Shown: one piece after another, positions 39,924 to 50,391 of the stretch | Layout of the letters: each line of letters begins with the position of its first letter | Numbering within the stretch: position 1 is the first letter of the stretch | IMG/VR virus record: IMGVR_UViG_3300037991_002562 | Coordinates: 44,869 to 108,868 of that record | Direction: 5' to 3' (one strand) | From: a virus | Taxonomy: Duplodnaviria > Caudoviricetes | Length of the DNA stretch: 64,000 nucleotides | Notes under the pieces: generated by a model | Seen by the model: only the letters and a program-made list of their open reading frames with translations | The model's database searches: none | Told to the model about the DNA's origin: nothing | Made by a program: the position numbers and the translations under genes

Positions 39924-41861
39924 TTACGCCGCTGCGTAAGTAACTGCAACAACACCTTTGTCTTGTCCGTCAGTGTCACGGATTAGAGACTCTAGGTTTA
40001 GACGTTGTGTAGCAACGATAACACGACGATCTTTCTCTACGTCGAAGTCAGTACGTACTGTAACTGTACGCTGAGTTGGAACTAGGAAGTTCTTAGTGTT
40101 AACTAGTACTGCGTATGCTTTAGCAACTCCAGGAGCTTCGAAGTGGTCAGATACGATAACTGGCATACCGTAGATAGAACCTACTTGACCAGATAGCTTA
40201 GTAGCTGCCCCGCCTACTAGGTTAACATCAGCCCATGCGTCGTCTTCGATTAGCGCGTAGTAAGCCTCTGTAGAAACTACTAGAGTAACATCACGTACGT
40301 TTAGACCATAAAGCTTCATTTTCTTACGAGCTTTAAGAATCATCTTAGCTGTAATTGGAGTGTTACCATTAGCTGTCGCTGTAGATGTTTCAACACCACC
40401 AGCTTTGTTAGTGTCGCTAGAAGCTTCAGCAGCTGTAGCACGTGGAACTAGACCTTTAGGTTCTGTAGTACCGTTACCTAGTAAGAATGCACGGTCAATT
40501 TCGTTAGCGTGAGACTCAACTAAGTGTTGACGAATTAGAGGTAGAAGAGGTATGATAGCATCTTCTGATGTTTCGTCAGTGATGTAGCTCTTAGCAGCAA
40601 GCTTCATTGTTTTAAGCGTGATTTCGCTTAGAGCTGCTGTGATCTCGCTACCAGTACTTGCGTCAGTACCGTAAGCTGTACCAGATACCCATGAAGCGTT
40701 CTTACGGTCAGGGTTTACTGGGATAGTTAGGTTAGCAGACGTCATTGTAATGTCGCGGAAAAGTGGAGCGATAACAAGTTCTGCTTGAATGTCGCGGATT
40801 AGGTCAGTAGAGAACACTGTCTCGTACGCTTCGCTAGAAACTTCGATTGAAGAAGAATCATTTACCGCTTTAACTGTTTCACCGAATTTAGTACCAAAAG
40901 TACCTTTCTGTGTAACGATACCTAGTAATACTGCGTCATTAACAGACTTACGAGTATCGGGGTTCATTCCGTCAGTTACCTTGTTATAAGAGAACGACTT
41001 AGTACGAGATGCAACTACTTGCTTGATTTCTTCACGTAGTGCTTCGATTTCGTCTTCGCGAGCTTTAAGAGTATCTGCGAAACTCTTTTGGTTGCTAGCA
41101 ATCTTGCCTTCAAGCTCGTCTACGATAGACTTAGCAGCTTCGCGAGCTTGAGTTTTAATTTCTTCAGCTTGCTTAGCAGCTGCGGCTTTAGCAGCGGCTT
41201 CTTTAGCCTTTGCGTCAGCTTCTTTTTGGCGTTCTTTATCTAATAGGCCCATAACGTCGTCTAGGGTTAAGCCTGTGTTTTCATTTTTTGTTGACATATC
41301 TTGGATTTCCTTAATATCTGTATTTTCAGCCTCTTCAGCAGGAGGCACGAATTCTTTTTTAAATGCCTCTGCGTCAACGAGTGACTTAGAGACCGAAAAT
41401 GTAGAGTCTTGGTTGCAAGGAACGGAAACTACCGAAACCTCTAGTAACTCTAGGTCTGTAATCATATAAGTGTCGGTTTTACTATGATACTCAGCATCAT
41501 GAATATAAAAACCTACACTAAATGTGGACAATACGCCATCTTTGATAAGGTGGTATACGTCTCCAGCTCCCTTGCTAATCTTAGCTTCGATGAAAAATCC
41601 ATTATCATCTGCGTACCAGTTAGTAGCTTTACCGATTGGCTTGCTATGGTCGTGGAAGGCTAAAATTATTGGGTTCTTTGAATAGTTTTTAGTAGCATTG
41701 CCTTTTAACCAAGTATCCTTTGGTATAACATCGCCAGCTCGGTCCTTAGTGACCGTATTGGCGTAGCCACTAATTATAATATCAGAAGATTCATCGTCAG
41801 CCATCTTAACTGTTTTAATCTGACTGACAATCTTACCTTCGTACTTATTCTTTAGAGTCAT
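39924..41861 (-). CDS. Prohead protease fused in frame to HK97-fold major capsid protein; probable internal capsid start at 41297
   Basis: ISGYANT..DRAGD, HDHSKPIG, FSVGF, LLEVSVVSVP protease; coiled-coil delta domain and capsid (GSIYGMPVIVS). Confidence 0.92.
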   Translation of the reverse strand: MTLKNKYEGKIVSQIKTVKMADDESSDIIISGYANTVTKDRAGDVIPKDTWLKGNATKNYSKNPIILAFHDHSKPIGKATNWYADDNGFFIEAKISKGAGDVYHLIKDGVLSTFSVGFYIHDAEYHSKTDTYMITDLELLEVSVVSVPCNQDSTFSVSKSLVDAEAFKKEFVPPAEEAENTDIKEIQDMSTKNENTGLTLDDVMGLLDKERQKEADAKAKEAAAKAAAAKQAEEIKTQAREAAKSIVDELEGKIASNQKSFADTLKAREDEIEALREEIKQVVASRTKSFSYNKVTDGMNPDTRKSVNDAVLLGIVTQKGTFGTKFGETVKAVNDSSSIEVSSEAYETVFSTDLIRDIQAELVIAPLFRDITMTSANLTIPVNPDRKNASWVSGTAYGTDASTGSEITAALSEITLKTMKLAAKSYITDETSEDAIIPLLPLIRQHLVESHANEIDRAFLLGNGTTEPKGLVPRATAAEASSDTNKAGGVETSTATANGNTPITAKMILKARKKMKLYGLNVRDVTLVVSTEAYYALIEDDAWADVNLVGGAATKLSGQVGSIYGMPVIVSDHFEAPGVAKAYAVLVNTKNFLVPTQRTVTVRTDFDVEKDRRVIVATQRLNLESLIRDTDGQDKGVVAVTYAAA

Positions 41862-42078
41862 TAGCTTGGTTACCTGATTTTCCTGCTGGTGCTTTCTTAG
41901 TAGGAGCTTTTGTTTCTTCTCCAGCTAGTGCATCTTGGTAACGAACAACGAAGTTGTCCCACGTACCGTACTCTTTAGAAATATCAGCCACTAGGCATGG
42001 TGCTTCTGGGTCGTTACGGAACGCTGTTTTACCTGGCAGGTCTTTGCCGTAATGTTTCATTATTTTCTCTAGTAACAT
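41845..42078 (-). CDS. Small head-region protein
   Basis: 77 aa, coupled between portal and protease. Confidence 0.6.
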   Translation of the reverse strand: MLLEKIMKHYGKDLPGKTAFRNDPEAPCLVADISKEYGTWDNFVVRYQDALAGEETKAPTKKAPAGKSGNQANDSKE

Positions 42079-43289
42079 TATTTGTCATCTTCATTTGTTG
42101 AAGGCTTGCCGCCTTCCTGACCTGATACTCCGGTAGCAGAACCTGCAACGTTTGCAGGAATTCTGATTTCGTCTAGTAATGGGTCTTCTAAAGGTTCTAG
42201 TCTTAGTATTGAACGAGCTTCTTTGCCCAGCATAATACCATTGTTGACTAGAGATGAAAGTCTGTCTGACTCTGCTTTTAAGTCTGGTCTTAGAGCGACC
42301 ACTTTATGAGTAGTTAACTCAATATCATAAGCAAAGAAAAACTCAAATGCAGACTCAAATTTTCTCATCATCGGAAGAATGGTAGTGGAGAATAACAACT
42401 CCATATTCGGCCTAAGGTTAGCATTATTACCAGAATCTAGTAGTATATGAGGTATACCCAGTGCTAAGGCTATTCGTTTTTCCATCGCTTCCATGGATTC
42501 GTTAAAGTCTAAATCTCTAAAGCTATTTGTATTTAGTGACTTAGCCTTCATTCCAGCATCAAGAATCATAGGTCTACCCTGCGAGTCTTTAGGGTTAAAC
42601 TTAGACATCCACTCTTTTTCGCGTCTATCTTTTAATCTGGTAGATAGTACTGCTTCAGTCTCTACGACTAGGCCAATCATTGTACCATTTTCGTAGAATC
42701 TAGCCTGAAAATCTAGAGCGGTTTCGTGTGTAAGGATTGTCTTGATAGCTGCTAGTAATCTTGAACGCCCTCTGAAGTTTCGGTACTCGGAACTTGAGGA
42801 ATTGTCTCTGATGTGTATGATTTCATTAGGTTTAAACTTAACAATAGAATTATAAACATACTCGCTAACGTACGCCTTTTCATCAGTTTTAATCTCCATG
42901 TGTCTTGCAGGTACATGGTAGAAGCCTGAACCGTCAAAGTGAACAAAAACGTTACCCTCGATAATCATGTCTAGAAGTAATAGCCTTTTAAACGTATTGA
43001 TATCCATGTAAGGGTTAGGTCTGTTGTTCATTAAAGTACTGAGCGTTTTGCCGCGCATGTTACCATCAGCTCTAGCCGTGAAACTAAGTTTGTCTTTTAC
43101 GTCAAACTCAATATCCGAACCTAAGTCTACTAGAAGATTAACACAGCGGTTAACAATTTCCATTAGGTTGTACGCGTTTTCAGTTGTTCTAATTTTGTTC
43201 TGGTTTGTCCCAACGTGTGTACCCGCCTCTTCAGCTATGTACCTTTGGGCGGGGTTTGCTTTAGAATGAATTTTGCTTCGTAAGCTCAC
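42078..43289 (-). CDS. Portal protein (pb7-like)
   Basis: RPNPYM, GNVF, EIIHIR, ALGIP HK97-family portal motifs. Confidence 0.93.
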   Translation of the reverse strand: MSLRSKIHSKANPAQRYIAEEAGTHVGTNQNKIRTTENAYNLMEIVNRCVNLLVDLGSDIEFDVKDKLSFTARADGNMRGKTLSTLMNNRPNPYMDINTFKRLLLLDMIIEGNVFVHFDGSGFYHVPARHMEIKTDEKAYVSEYVYNSIVKFKPNEIIHIRDNSSSSEYRNFRGRSRLLAAIKTILTHETALDFQARFYENGTMIGLVVETEAVLSTRLKDRREKEWMSKFNPKDSQGRPMILDAGMKAKSLNTNSFRDLDFNESMEAMEKRIALALGIPHILLDSGNNANLRPNMELLFSTTILPMMRKFESAFEFFFAYDIELTTHKVVALRPDLKAESDRLSSLVNNGIMLGKEARSILRLEPLEDPLLDEIRIPANVAGSATGVSGQEGGKPSTNEDDK

Positions 43290-43301
43290 TTAACGCTGTC
43301 C

Positions 43302-43712
43302 TCAAATCAAAGAGGCAAATCTACCTTTAGTAGTCTTGCCCTCTGCTTTGTCGCGCTGTTTTTCAACCCAACGCTCCTGTTTCTTAGCGGTGTGCAAAGG
43401 AGGCTCACGTCCATAGATAGAATGTAGTTTTCTATGATGCTCTTCGCAAAGAGTAACAGTGTAGTCTACAAGCTCATACCAATACATCTTATAAAAGTCA
43501 TCTCGCATTGCTCGGACTTCTTCATCTGTATCTACTGGAATATTATGCTCCTCTACGTAATTCTTGAAGAGGGTAGAAACCGTGGTATAGTGGTGTAATT
43601 CCAGTTTTTCTTCCGTACTACATATTGCACACTTACAGTCCTTTTTATAGTTGGACTTTATACCGTCTCTAATATGTTTTACGGCAACCCGCTTTTTGGT
43701 ATTTGCTGCCAT
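43302..43712 (-). CDS. HNH-like nicking endonuclease (T5-type, between portal and TerL)
   Basis: CAIC..LELHH...TLCEEHH..LH. Confidence 0.82.
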   Translation of the reverse strand: MAANTKKRVAVKHIRDGIKSNYKKDCKCAICSTEEKLELHHYTTVSTLFKNYVEEHNIPVDTDEEVRAMRDDFYKMYWYELVDYTVTLCEEHHRKLHSIYGREPPLHTAKKQERWVEKQRDKAEGKTTKGRFASLI

Positions 43713-43794
43713 AAATTTTTTCCTCCTAATCAATATAAGCTATTATAAACACTTTTATAAATTTGTAAAGTATTTAATTTAGTGCTACTTCTGT

Positions 43795-45078
43795 CTATAC
43801 AGTAAAGCTATATAAAGCATATCTCAACGCGTCAGCTATGTGGGAAAATGCATCATGGATAGGTTTAGGCTTTAGTAGCTCAGGACGAGGATCCCACCTA
43901 TAGTTAGCTAACATATCTATAGTGTGTATACAAGATTTGTCAACTATTAGCTTACCGCTATCTACCATACTCTGAACATATGCTATACCGTCCAGTACTG
44001 ATTTTTTACTGGGGTTGGATGGTATATCGTGTAGCTCTGCTAAATCCTGCCTAAACTGTGCAGCGGCAGAATCACAGAAGACAAAGTCTGTGTCTTCTCC
44101 CATCATCTTTCTTATATGTTCTGCGTGTTGGTCTGTATTTCTTTGCGCTTCCAAGTACTCATCAACGATATAAAATACCTTAGAGTCGAAGTCATAATAG
44201 ATTTTAAGTACCGCAGTAGGGTCTTTATAACCAGCGTCAATACCCATAATAGCATCGCAATTTTTAAAGTCACGTCCAGACAAGTCCTGAACATACTTAT
44301 CGGCATCGAACCCTTCGTATATCTGACCTTCGAACGTTGTAAAGTCCGCTTCATACTCTTGTCTAAACTCCGCATTAGACATTGAAAGCTTAGCCTCTGC
44401 AATGTCAGCCTCAGACGTTCTAGGATTATCTCTCCATGTAGAGTGTATTGAAGCCCAGAAAGGGTACTTGTCGTCATATCCACGCATGTAGAAGTCATGG
44501 AAGTAGTTAGTACCACGAGGTGTTGAAATAAATATAGCTTTAGAATTGTCTTTGTCTAGAGTAGGACGTAGCTGGATGTTGAAAGCATCCACACCTTTAG
44601 GGTCTAGTGCAGCTTCGTCAAATAGTATTAGGTCATAAGAACGACCTACACAAGAGTTAGCCTGAGATACAGAACCTAGCTTTATTAGAGAACCATTCTC
44701 TAGTACAATCTCTTTATCCTTAGCATTCATTTTCTCAGTTTGTATATCGTGCTTCTTAATAAGCTTTAACTGCTCTGTCCATGAAATGTTAGATAGTGAG
44801 TAGTTAGGCGATATAATAAGTATTTGTGTGCCAGGCTCTAGAGCCTTTAGGAACGCTATGTGGTTAGCACTAAATGTCTTACCTGTACGTCTCGAAAGAC
44901 ACCCCACCACGAAACGATGGGCAGGGTCATTGATAGCATTGATAAGAGCTATCTGAGGAGGTATTAACTCTACCCCCTCTAACTCGAAGAATTGGTCGAC
45001 TGGAAGCTTTAGAAATCGTTTCTCTAAAGGAAAGTCTTGCAGCTCTTCAAAGTTAATACTGGCTCTAGATACTTCCAT
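43795..45078 (-). CDS. terL: Terminase large subunit
   Basis: SRRTGKT, LFDEAA, ISTPRG, GIDAG, H.ADALRY. Confidence 0.96.
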   Translation of the reverse strand: MEVSRASINFEELQDFPLEKRFLKLPVDQFFELEGVELIPPQIALINAINDPAHRFVVGCLSRRTGKTFSANHIAFLKALEPGTQILIISPNYSLSNISWTEQLKLIKKHDIQTEKMNAKDKEIVLENGSLIKLGSVSQANSCVGRSYDLILFDEAALDPKGVDAFNIQLRPTLDKDNSKAIFISTPRGTNYFHDFYMRGYDDKYPFWASIHSTWRDNPRTSEADIAEAKLSMSNAEFRQEYEADFTTFEGQIYEGFDADKYVQDLSGRDFKNCDAIMGIDAGYKDPTAVLKIYYDFDSKVFYIVDEYLEAQRNTDQHAEHIRKMMGEDTDFVFCDSAAAQFRQDLAELHDIPSNPSKKSVLDGIAYVQSMVDSGKLIVDKSCIHTIDMLANYRWDPRPELLKPKPIHDAFSHIADALRYALYSFTV

Positions 45079-45569
45079 TAACTACTCCCTAGCTTGCTAA
45101 TTAGCTTATCGTACGAAGACTCCTCAATAACGTAGTTGTTATACTGGTTATTAGTCTGGTTCTTAATTTGAACTTCTTCTTTCTTACGCTCAAGTTCTAG
45201 AAGCTCTTTCTTAACCTTAGCCTCGAATTCAAGTTCTTTCATCTTCATAGCATGCTGTGCTTGCAGCAGGTCTAGAATATCTTTACTAGAGCCCATATCG
45301 GTATCGTCCATTTCCTCTAGTTTCTTAGCAATAAGTTCATCCATGACTCTAGCCATCTTAAAGCGATTTCGGAATCCTGCTTCGTGATAGATTCTATCTA
45401 CATATTCCTTGATCTCACGCTTGTTTAGTTCTGATTGTAAGTCCGCTACTGGAAGCCCTAGCTCTAGACTAGTCTTCTCTATATCGCCGCCCGACATTAT
45501 ATATGCCTCGGCTACTTTTAACCCTTCTGGACTTAGCTTTTCTGGGTCTATTAATTCTGTACTGCTCAT
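45078..45569 (-). CDS. terS: Terminase small subunit
   Basis: LSPEG..VAEAY, GFRNR, GSSKDI; synteny. Confidence 0.85.
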   Translation of the reverse strand: MSSTELIDPEKLSPEGLKVAEAYIMSGGDIEKTSLELGLPVADLQSELNKREIKEYVDRIYHEAGFRNRFKMARVMDELIAKKLEEMDDTDMGSSKDILDLLQAQHAMKMKELEFEAKVKKELLELERKKEEVQIKNQTNNQYNNYVIEESSYDKLISKLGSS

Positions 45570-45570
45570 G

Positions 45571-47544
45571 TTAATTTAATCCTATGAATGAAAAGGAGAA
45601 ACCTGGAATAGTAACACTATTTTCTAGTCCTCCACTACCGTTAAAGGAGAAGTATGAATAATCGTACTCTATACCTATAAGGGTGTCTGTAATTTTTACT
45701 AAATAAAAGGTACAACGTATAGTATACCATGTATTCCAATAGGGGTCTCCACTAGGAAGCTCCTCCTTGTCAAATCTATATGTCTCGGAAGTGGAGTAGA
45801 AAGGCACTCTAGAAGAGAATGATGAAAATCCTATAATGCCTTTGTCTTGTGCATATAGCTCTTCCCATGACTGCTGGTCACTAGAGTAATCCCATTCCAC
45901 GGGGGTAACTGAGTAACCCCAACAACTAGAACTCCTAACACTATCAAGTATTATTGTTAGGTCTGTCAATATACCTGTACCAGAAATAAACCCTTCTCCT
46001 TGGGAGTTAGTCCCATGAGACGGTATATTAAATGTATAAACAGGAGTAGTGTGGTCTGTACTCTTACCCATGTACCTCATACGAGTCCTTCCACGACCTG
46101 CATTAAACCAAGTGTTACCCCCTCGTTTAATTATCCCCTTAGTCATTTCAATGTCCCATCCAGAACCACCAGACCCACCAAGAATTTGCACAGCATCGCT
46201 AGGGTTCTGGCCGGAATACACCCCTAAGGGGTCTATCAGGCCGACCACTGGTATTATAGGATCAGATAGATTCATACTATTAACATACGAACCGTCATTG
46301 ACAATACCTGCATAGGCTAGGAACATACCTGAGAAATCTGCCCCATCTACTGTAAAATTATTAGAGTCTAATAGTATACCCGATGCTCCGGTTTTAGCGG
46401 TTTCATAGTTTAAGTCTCTACCACTACTCACTATATTGAATTCATATATCTCAACAGAGTTTATATCCTGAGGTGTCCTAATGTAAGTGTCCCCTGAGGC
46501 GTAGTAAGCCCCTCCTGAACCATAAGCGAAAGACCCGAGAGTATATTCAGCCTGAGCCAAGTTCTCGTTACTAAAATTAATTTTTCTAGTTATTACAGGT
46601 GCTCCGCCTCTTCGGTTGCCTAACTTATCTACAGTAACTACCATAGTTAGACGAGTAGAACTAGGAGTGTAAGATACTGAGTTTCCTGTAGTGCCGTCTA
46701 ATGCATCTGAGAAATAAAACTTTCTAAAGGCATCGTCGGTATACTCAGTTATTCTAATATACTTTAAGCATTTAATATAGTCAAACATACTATGCATGTA
46801 AGTATCGTCACCGTAGTCTACATTAATACCTACCCAATCCTGAAACCAATCTGTAGCAGTCTTGCCCGACTCCACGGCGGGCGGAGCCGCCGGGACTACG
46901 TTAGGATTACATATATGAAGTATCTCATCTCCGGCCCGGTTTACACCAAGAAAGAAGTCGCACGGAGCCTCTGGCTCAGGTCTAGGGGGTGGAGGTGAAA
47001 GTAGGGACGCAGATACTGTGTTTGAGAAAGGCCCGTAAACTACGTCACTGCCTGTGCCCTTCACCATGCGGATTTTAAAGCTACCGCCAGTTTCATGTAT
47101 ATAGCTACTACCCGTGCCAGTAAATACCGTAGTACCGTTTCTTACGACTTCTACCCTTTCCCCAATATCTGTGTTGGGAGTCCAGTCTAATAATACTCCG
47201 TCATATCTACTAGTAGCAGTTAGTACCCTAGTTTCAGGCTTCACGTGAAATATGATGTTTATGGTGTTACTAGGATATAAATTATCTGTTCTTATCTGGG
47301 CTTTTGTAGCGTTAGCTGGTGGTATTACCTTTAACGAATTGGAACTAGTAGAGGTATTAGCCGACTGCCAGTTTCCACCTACTAGCCAATATAAATGGTA
47401 CATCCCTGGACTACTAGGCTCAGTCCATTGCAAGTTAGCATATTTATAGATAGGACTGGTAGAGTTTGATAAGTTTGTTACTTTTTTAGCAGGGTTGTCC
47501 GCCACGAAGTAGACGGATACCGTTCCAGTTGTATATATAGCCAT
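45571..47544 (-). CDS. Putative receptor-binding protein (pb5 position)
   Basis: 657-aa beta-rich protein at the T5 oad locus; positional call only. Confidence 0.55.
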   Translation of the reverse strand: MAIYTTGTVSVYFVADNPAKKVTNLSNSTSPIYKYANLQWTEPSSPGMYHLYWLVGGNWQSANTSTSSNSLKVIPPANATKAQIRTDNLYPSNTINIIFHVKPETRVLTATSRYDGVLLDWTPNTDIGERVEVVRNGTTVFTGTGSSYIHETGGSFKIRMVKGTGSDVVYGPFSNTVSASLLSPPPPRPEPEAPCDFFLGVNRAGDEILHICNPNVVPAAPPAVESGKTATDWFQDWVGINVDYGDDTYMHSMFDYIKCLKYIRITEYTDDAFRKFYFSDALDGTTGNSVSYTPSSTRLTMVVTVDKLGNRRGGAPVITRKINFSNENLAQAEYTLGSFAYGSGGAYYASGDTYIRTPQDINSVEIYEFNIVSSGRDLNYETAKTGASGILLDSNNFTVDGADFSGMFLAYAGIVNDGSYVNSMNLSDPIIPVVGLIDPLGVYSGQNPSDAVQILGGSGGSGWDIEMTKGIIKRGGNTWFNAGRGRTRMRYMGKSTDHTTPVYTFNIPSHGTNSQGEGFISGTGILTDLTIILDSVRSSSCWGYSVTPVEWDYSSDQQSWEELYAQDKGIIGFSSFSSRVPFYSTSETYRFDKEELPSGDPYWNTWYTIRCTFYLVKITDTLIGIEYDYSYFSFNGSGGLENSVTIPGFSFSFIGLN

Positions 47545-47879
47545 TATAGTGGTTCCGTACCAGGGCCCCCAGGAGGAGTTCCGGCCTCTTCGTTGATTTC
47601 CATCTCAAAGTAATATTTATAAGTATTTTGATTAGACACATTAGAATCTGTGTATGTTATGTCACGTTGTATAAAAAATCCCTCGCCCCCGTCCGTTGGT
47701 AAGCTGTAATTTCCAGAAACTTTAGAGAAAGACCCATTGTTAGTAGACCTCATTACATATCCGTATCCATTTTCCTTAAGCTTTGTCGCAGTACCCCCAG
47801 AATTTACCCTAACACGTATAGATACTTCTATGGTAGACCCTACTATCTCTGCATTTATTGTACTGTTGTTATTTGCCAT
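47544..47879 (-). CDS. Small FnIII/Ig-like structural protein
   Basis: Y.VMRS...YTDSNV....YKYY pattern; AGGAGG RBS. Confidence 0.55.
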   Translation of the reverse strand: MANNNSTINAEIVGSTIEVSIRVRVNSGGTATKLKENGYGYVMRSTNNGSFSKVSGNYSLPTDGGEGFFIQRDITYTDSNVSNQNTYKYYFEMEINEEAGTPPGGPGTEPL

Positions 47880-47900
47880 GGTTTCCTCCTAATATTTAGT

Positions 47901-47929
47901 ATTATACGGTAAGCTATGCAAATTTTCAA
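47901..47929 (-). promoter_or_regulatory. Late sigma70 promoter
   Basis: TTGAAA-17-TATAAT. Confidence 0.75.
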
Positions 47930-47970
47930 TTGTATTATTTTTACCCACGGTTAGGTAATGTGCTGTTTAA

Positions 47971-48092
47971 GTTTGAGATCAGCGCTGTATAGTACTTCTA
48001 TAGTTTAGTCATTTTTCTAAGTGTTACACGCGTTTGAGATCAGCGCTGTATAGCACTTCTATAATTTAGTAATTTTTCTAAGTGTTACACGC
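47971..48092. repeat. Tandem 61-bp direct repeat x2
   Basis: 47971-48031 and 48032-48092, 3 mismatches. Confidence 0.9.
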
Positions 48093-48185
48093 GTGTAAGA
48101 GTACCCCCGTATCTAAATGAGAACAAGTCTCATTACCGCCCTATGGGTATGGGATCGCATACCTTAGTACACGATCCCGATCTTA

Positions 48186-48569
48186 CTACTCTGTGTCGTC
48201 ATCAGATCCCATTTCTAGATCGTCAATGATTGCCGCTTGCTGCTCAACGAATGCCGCTAACGCTTCTAACTCGCCCTTGTTCGCTTTCTCCAAGCTGTCA
48301 ACCGTTAGACCTGTTGTTTCAGCGATTTGCTTAACAACTTCGATTTTACGCGTTGCGCTTGGGTTGCCAACCTTAGCTTTGGCATCTGGTGAAACATATT
48401 CTTTCATGCTAACCAACTTCTGACGGACGCTGTTTTCTGTTACGTCAAACTGTTGACCGATAGCTTTAAGCTGCGCCTGTTCAAGCGCTTTGCCGCTATT
48501 AGCTTCAATAGCTGCCGCGTATGTTGCGCTCAATTTCGCTGTTGTTTCTTCTGTCCAAATTTTAGCCAT
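48186..48569 (-). CDS. A2: Pre-early A2-like DNA-binding protein (second-step transfer)
   Basis: W.EE.T.K...Y, SVRQKL.S.K.Y, KVG..S..RK, SLEKA.K..L as in T5 A2. Confidence 0.85.
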   Translation of the reverse strand: MAKIWTEETTAKLSATYAAAIEANSGKALEQAQLKAIGQQFDVTENSVRQKLVSMKEYVSPDAKAKVGNPSATRKIEVVKQIAETTGLTVDSLEKANKGELEALAAFVEQQAAIIDDLEMGSDDDTE

Positions 48570-48664
48570 GATTTGATCTCCTTAGATCGTAAATTAAATG
48601 TTGGTTTGTGTTTGCGGTCGTATTTTGCCCCGACCGCTTGAGCATTAAAACAAATTTCGCTTAA

Positions 48665-50326
48665 CTATGCAATAACTTTTTGGGGGTTCAAGGTGATTAA
48701 TTGAACTTGCCCGTTGCTGTATTCCATCATGTGACCGTGATCCCACGATGACGCGCCCCCACGGTTATAGCCTTGGTTCAGTCGAGCGGTAACGCCTGTC
48801 GTAAACACTGAGCCTATTATGCATGGGCTATGGGTGTGTCCTGTTATTAGGTTTAAATTCCAGTCCTTGAACTGATTTGGGTTTCCTGCGCTCCCGTTAG
48901 CTCCTTTATGTCCGTGTTGCGAGTAATCGAATTTTAACGGTTTAAATGGCTTGTCCATTCGACCAAAGTGCACATTAGTCGGCAACTCTGGCAACGTGGT
49001 TAAATCAGCATTTTCTAGGGCGATTTGCAACGCATTTTTCTCATGTTCGCCTTGGTCTAAGGTATCGCACACTAGCCAGTTAAGCAGATAGTATAATTTG
49101 CTGTTGTGGCTGTCCTGCTTGGGGTTGACGCTGCTATCATCCAGCCAGTTGTCTAGGGCTGAGTTATGGTTGCTTTCAGTAATTGAAACGGTATCAACTA
49201 GGGTTGATAGTTCGGTCAACTGATAGATCACCTGTTTAAGATCGTTCTCAACGCTTTCATGTCGATTTGCGTACAAGTGTTTCCCACTGTTACGGTTATG
49301 GTGAGATCTTGTGCTAAAGTGTAAAATATCATCAACTGCGATCACACTTGGTTTAATCCGATCCAAAAATTCAACTGTTTTTTCCCAATACGCTTGGTCA
49401 TAAACTTCACAGTGTAGATCACCTAGCTTTCCGGCTTCTGGTAACTTGCCATAAAAATATTCGAGTTCAGGTAACACCACATTCAACGATCCGTCATCGC
49501 CTTGAAAGACGTTGGTAACATTATAGCCACCGTCGCACTTGTAAACGATCATGGCTGCCTGCTTGTGATCTTTTTCCGCTTCTGCCCCTGCGCGGCTTCT
49601 GGTGTAGTTGTACGCGGTACAGCTACCAGTAGTGACCGCCTTTGTGACAGATTGATCATTGAGTCGCGGCAATGTTTTATACTGTTGCTTGGGGCTTGCT
49701 ACTACCGTGATCAATTCACCGCTGTTCAGCTTTGCCGCTGCGTTAACTGGTACTTTGTTAGTCGGTAGCACTGCCGCTGTGCTGGCAACTAGGCAAGCGT
49801 TTTTCTCGAATAGCCAACAATCATCAAGCTGTAAATATTGTAGGATCTTAGGATTGAAAACTTCTTCCTCTTTCTCTACCGCTGGACTAAAGGCGTTTTT
49901 GTTATAGTAAACGGGCATTACCATTAAACGCGCATCTAGGCTGGCAGATTTCATGTCATCGACTAAGGCAAGAAGTTGATCCTCAAAGCCTGTGGTAATA
50001 GTGTTATTTTGTGCGCTTGTAATTACGAAAACATCACCGTCTAGAACTGGTAATAAATCGCGCTGTGATTGCGTGTAACCAACTTGTGTATCTGCCGCTG
50101 GTTTAGTCGCTGCGCTTGGCTTTTTCGCTTTCTCTGCCTCTCTCTGGCGTTCTAGCTCCTCAATAACTAGCGGCATTAAGATAGATGCGTCACCATTAAG
50201 ATCAAGGTTATGGATCGCATCCTCAACAACTTCCAAGCGTGAATCACGTTTACGCTTGCCTAAAAGGTTATTTTCTGCGCACTCTGCGCAGAGTAGATCA
50301 AATTTCTTATCGTTTAAAGGTTTCAT
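48665..50326 (-). CDS. A1: Pre-early A1-like protein (host DNA degradation/second-step transfer; metallophosphoesterase fold)
   Basis: ITSAQNN, TTGSCT..NY...AG, GDLH, ESNHN, QHGH, GHTHSP; 553 aa. Confidence 0.9.
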   Translation of the reverse strand: MKPLNDKKFDLLCAECAENNLLGKRKRDSRLEVVEDAIHNLDLNGDASILMPLVIEELERQREAEKAKKPSAATKPAADTQVGYTQSQRDLLPVLDGDVFVITSAQNNTITTGFEDQLLALVDDMKSASLDARLMVMPVYYNKNAFSPAVEKEEEVFNPKILQYLQLDDCWLFEKNACLVASTAAVLPTNKVPVNAAAKLNSGELITVVASPKQQYKTLPRLNDQSVTKAVTTGSCTAYNYTRSRAGAEAEKDHKQAAMIVYKCDGGYNVTNVFQGDDGSLNVVLPELEYFYGKLPEAGKLGDLHCEVYDQAYWEKTVEFLDRIKPSVIAVDDILHFSTRSHHNRNSGKHLYANRHESVENDLKQVIYQLTELSTLVDTVSITESNHNSALDNWLDDSSVNPKQDSHNSKLYYLLNWLVCDTLDQGEHEKNALQIALENADLTTLPELPTNVHFGRMDKPFKPLKFDYSQHGHKGANGSAGNPNQFKDWNLNLITGHTHSPCIIGSVFTTGVTARLNQGYNRGGASSWDHGHMMEYSNGQVQLITLNPQKVIA

Positions 50327-50391
50327 ATATAACGGTTTCCCTATTAAGGTTTTTTAAGGGGCTATGAAGCCCCCGTTACGGGTTGATCAAA

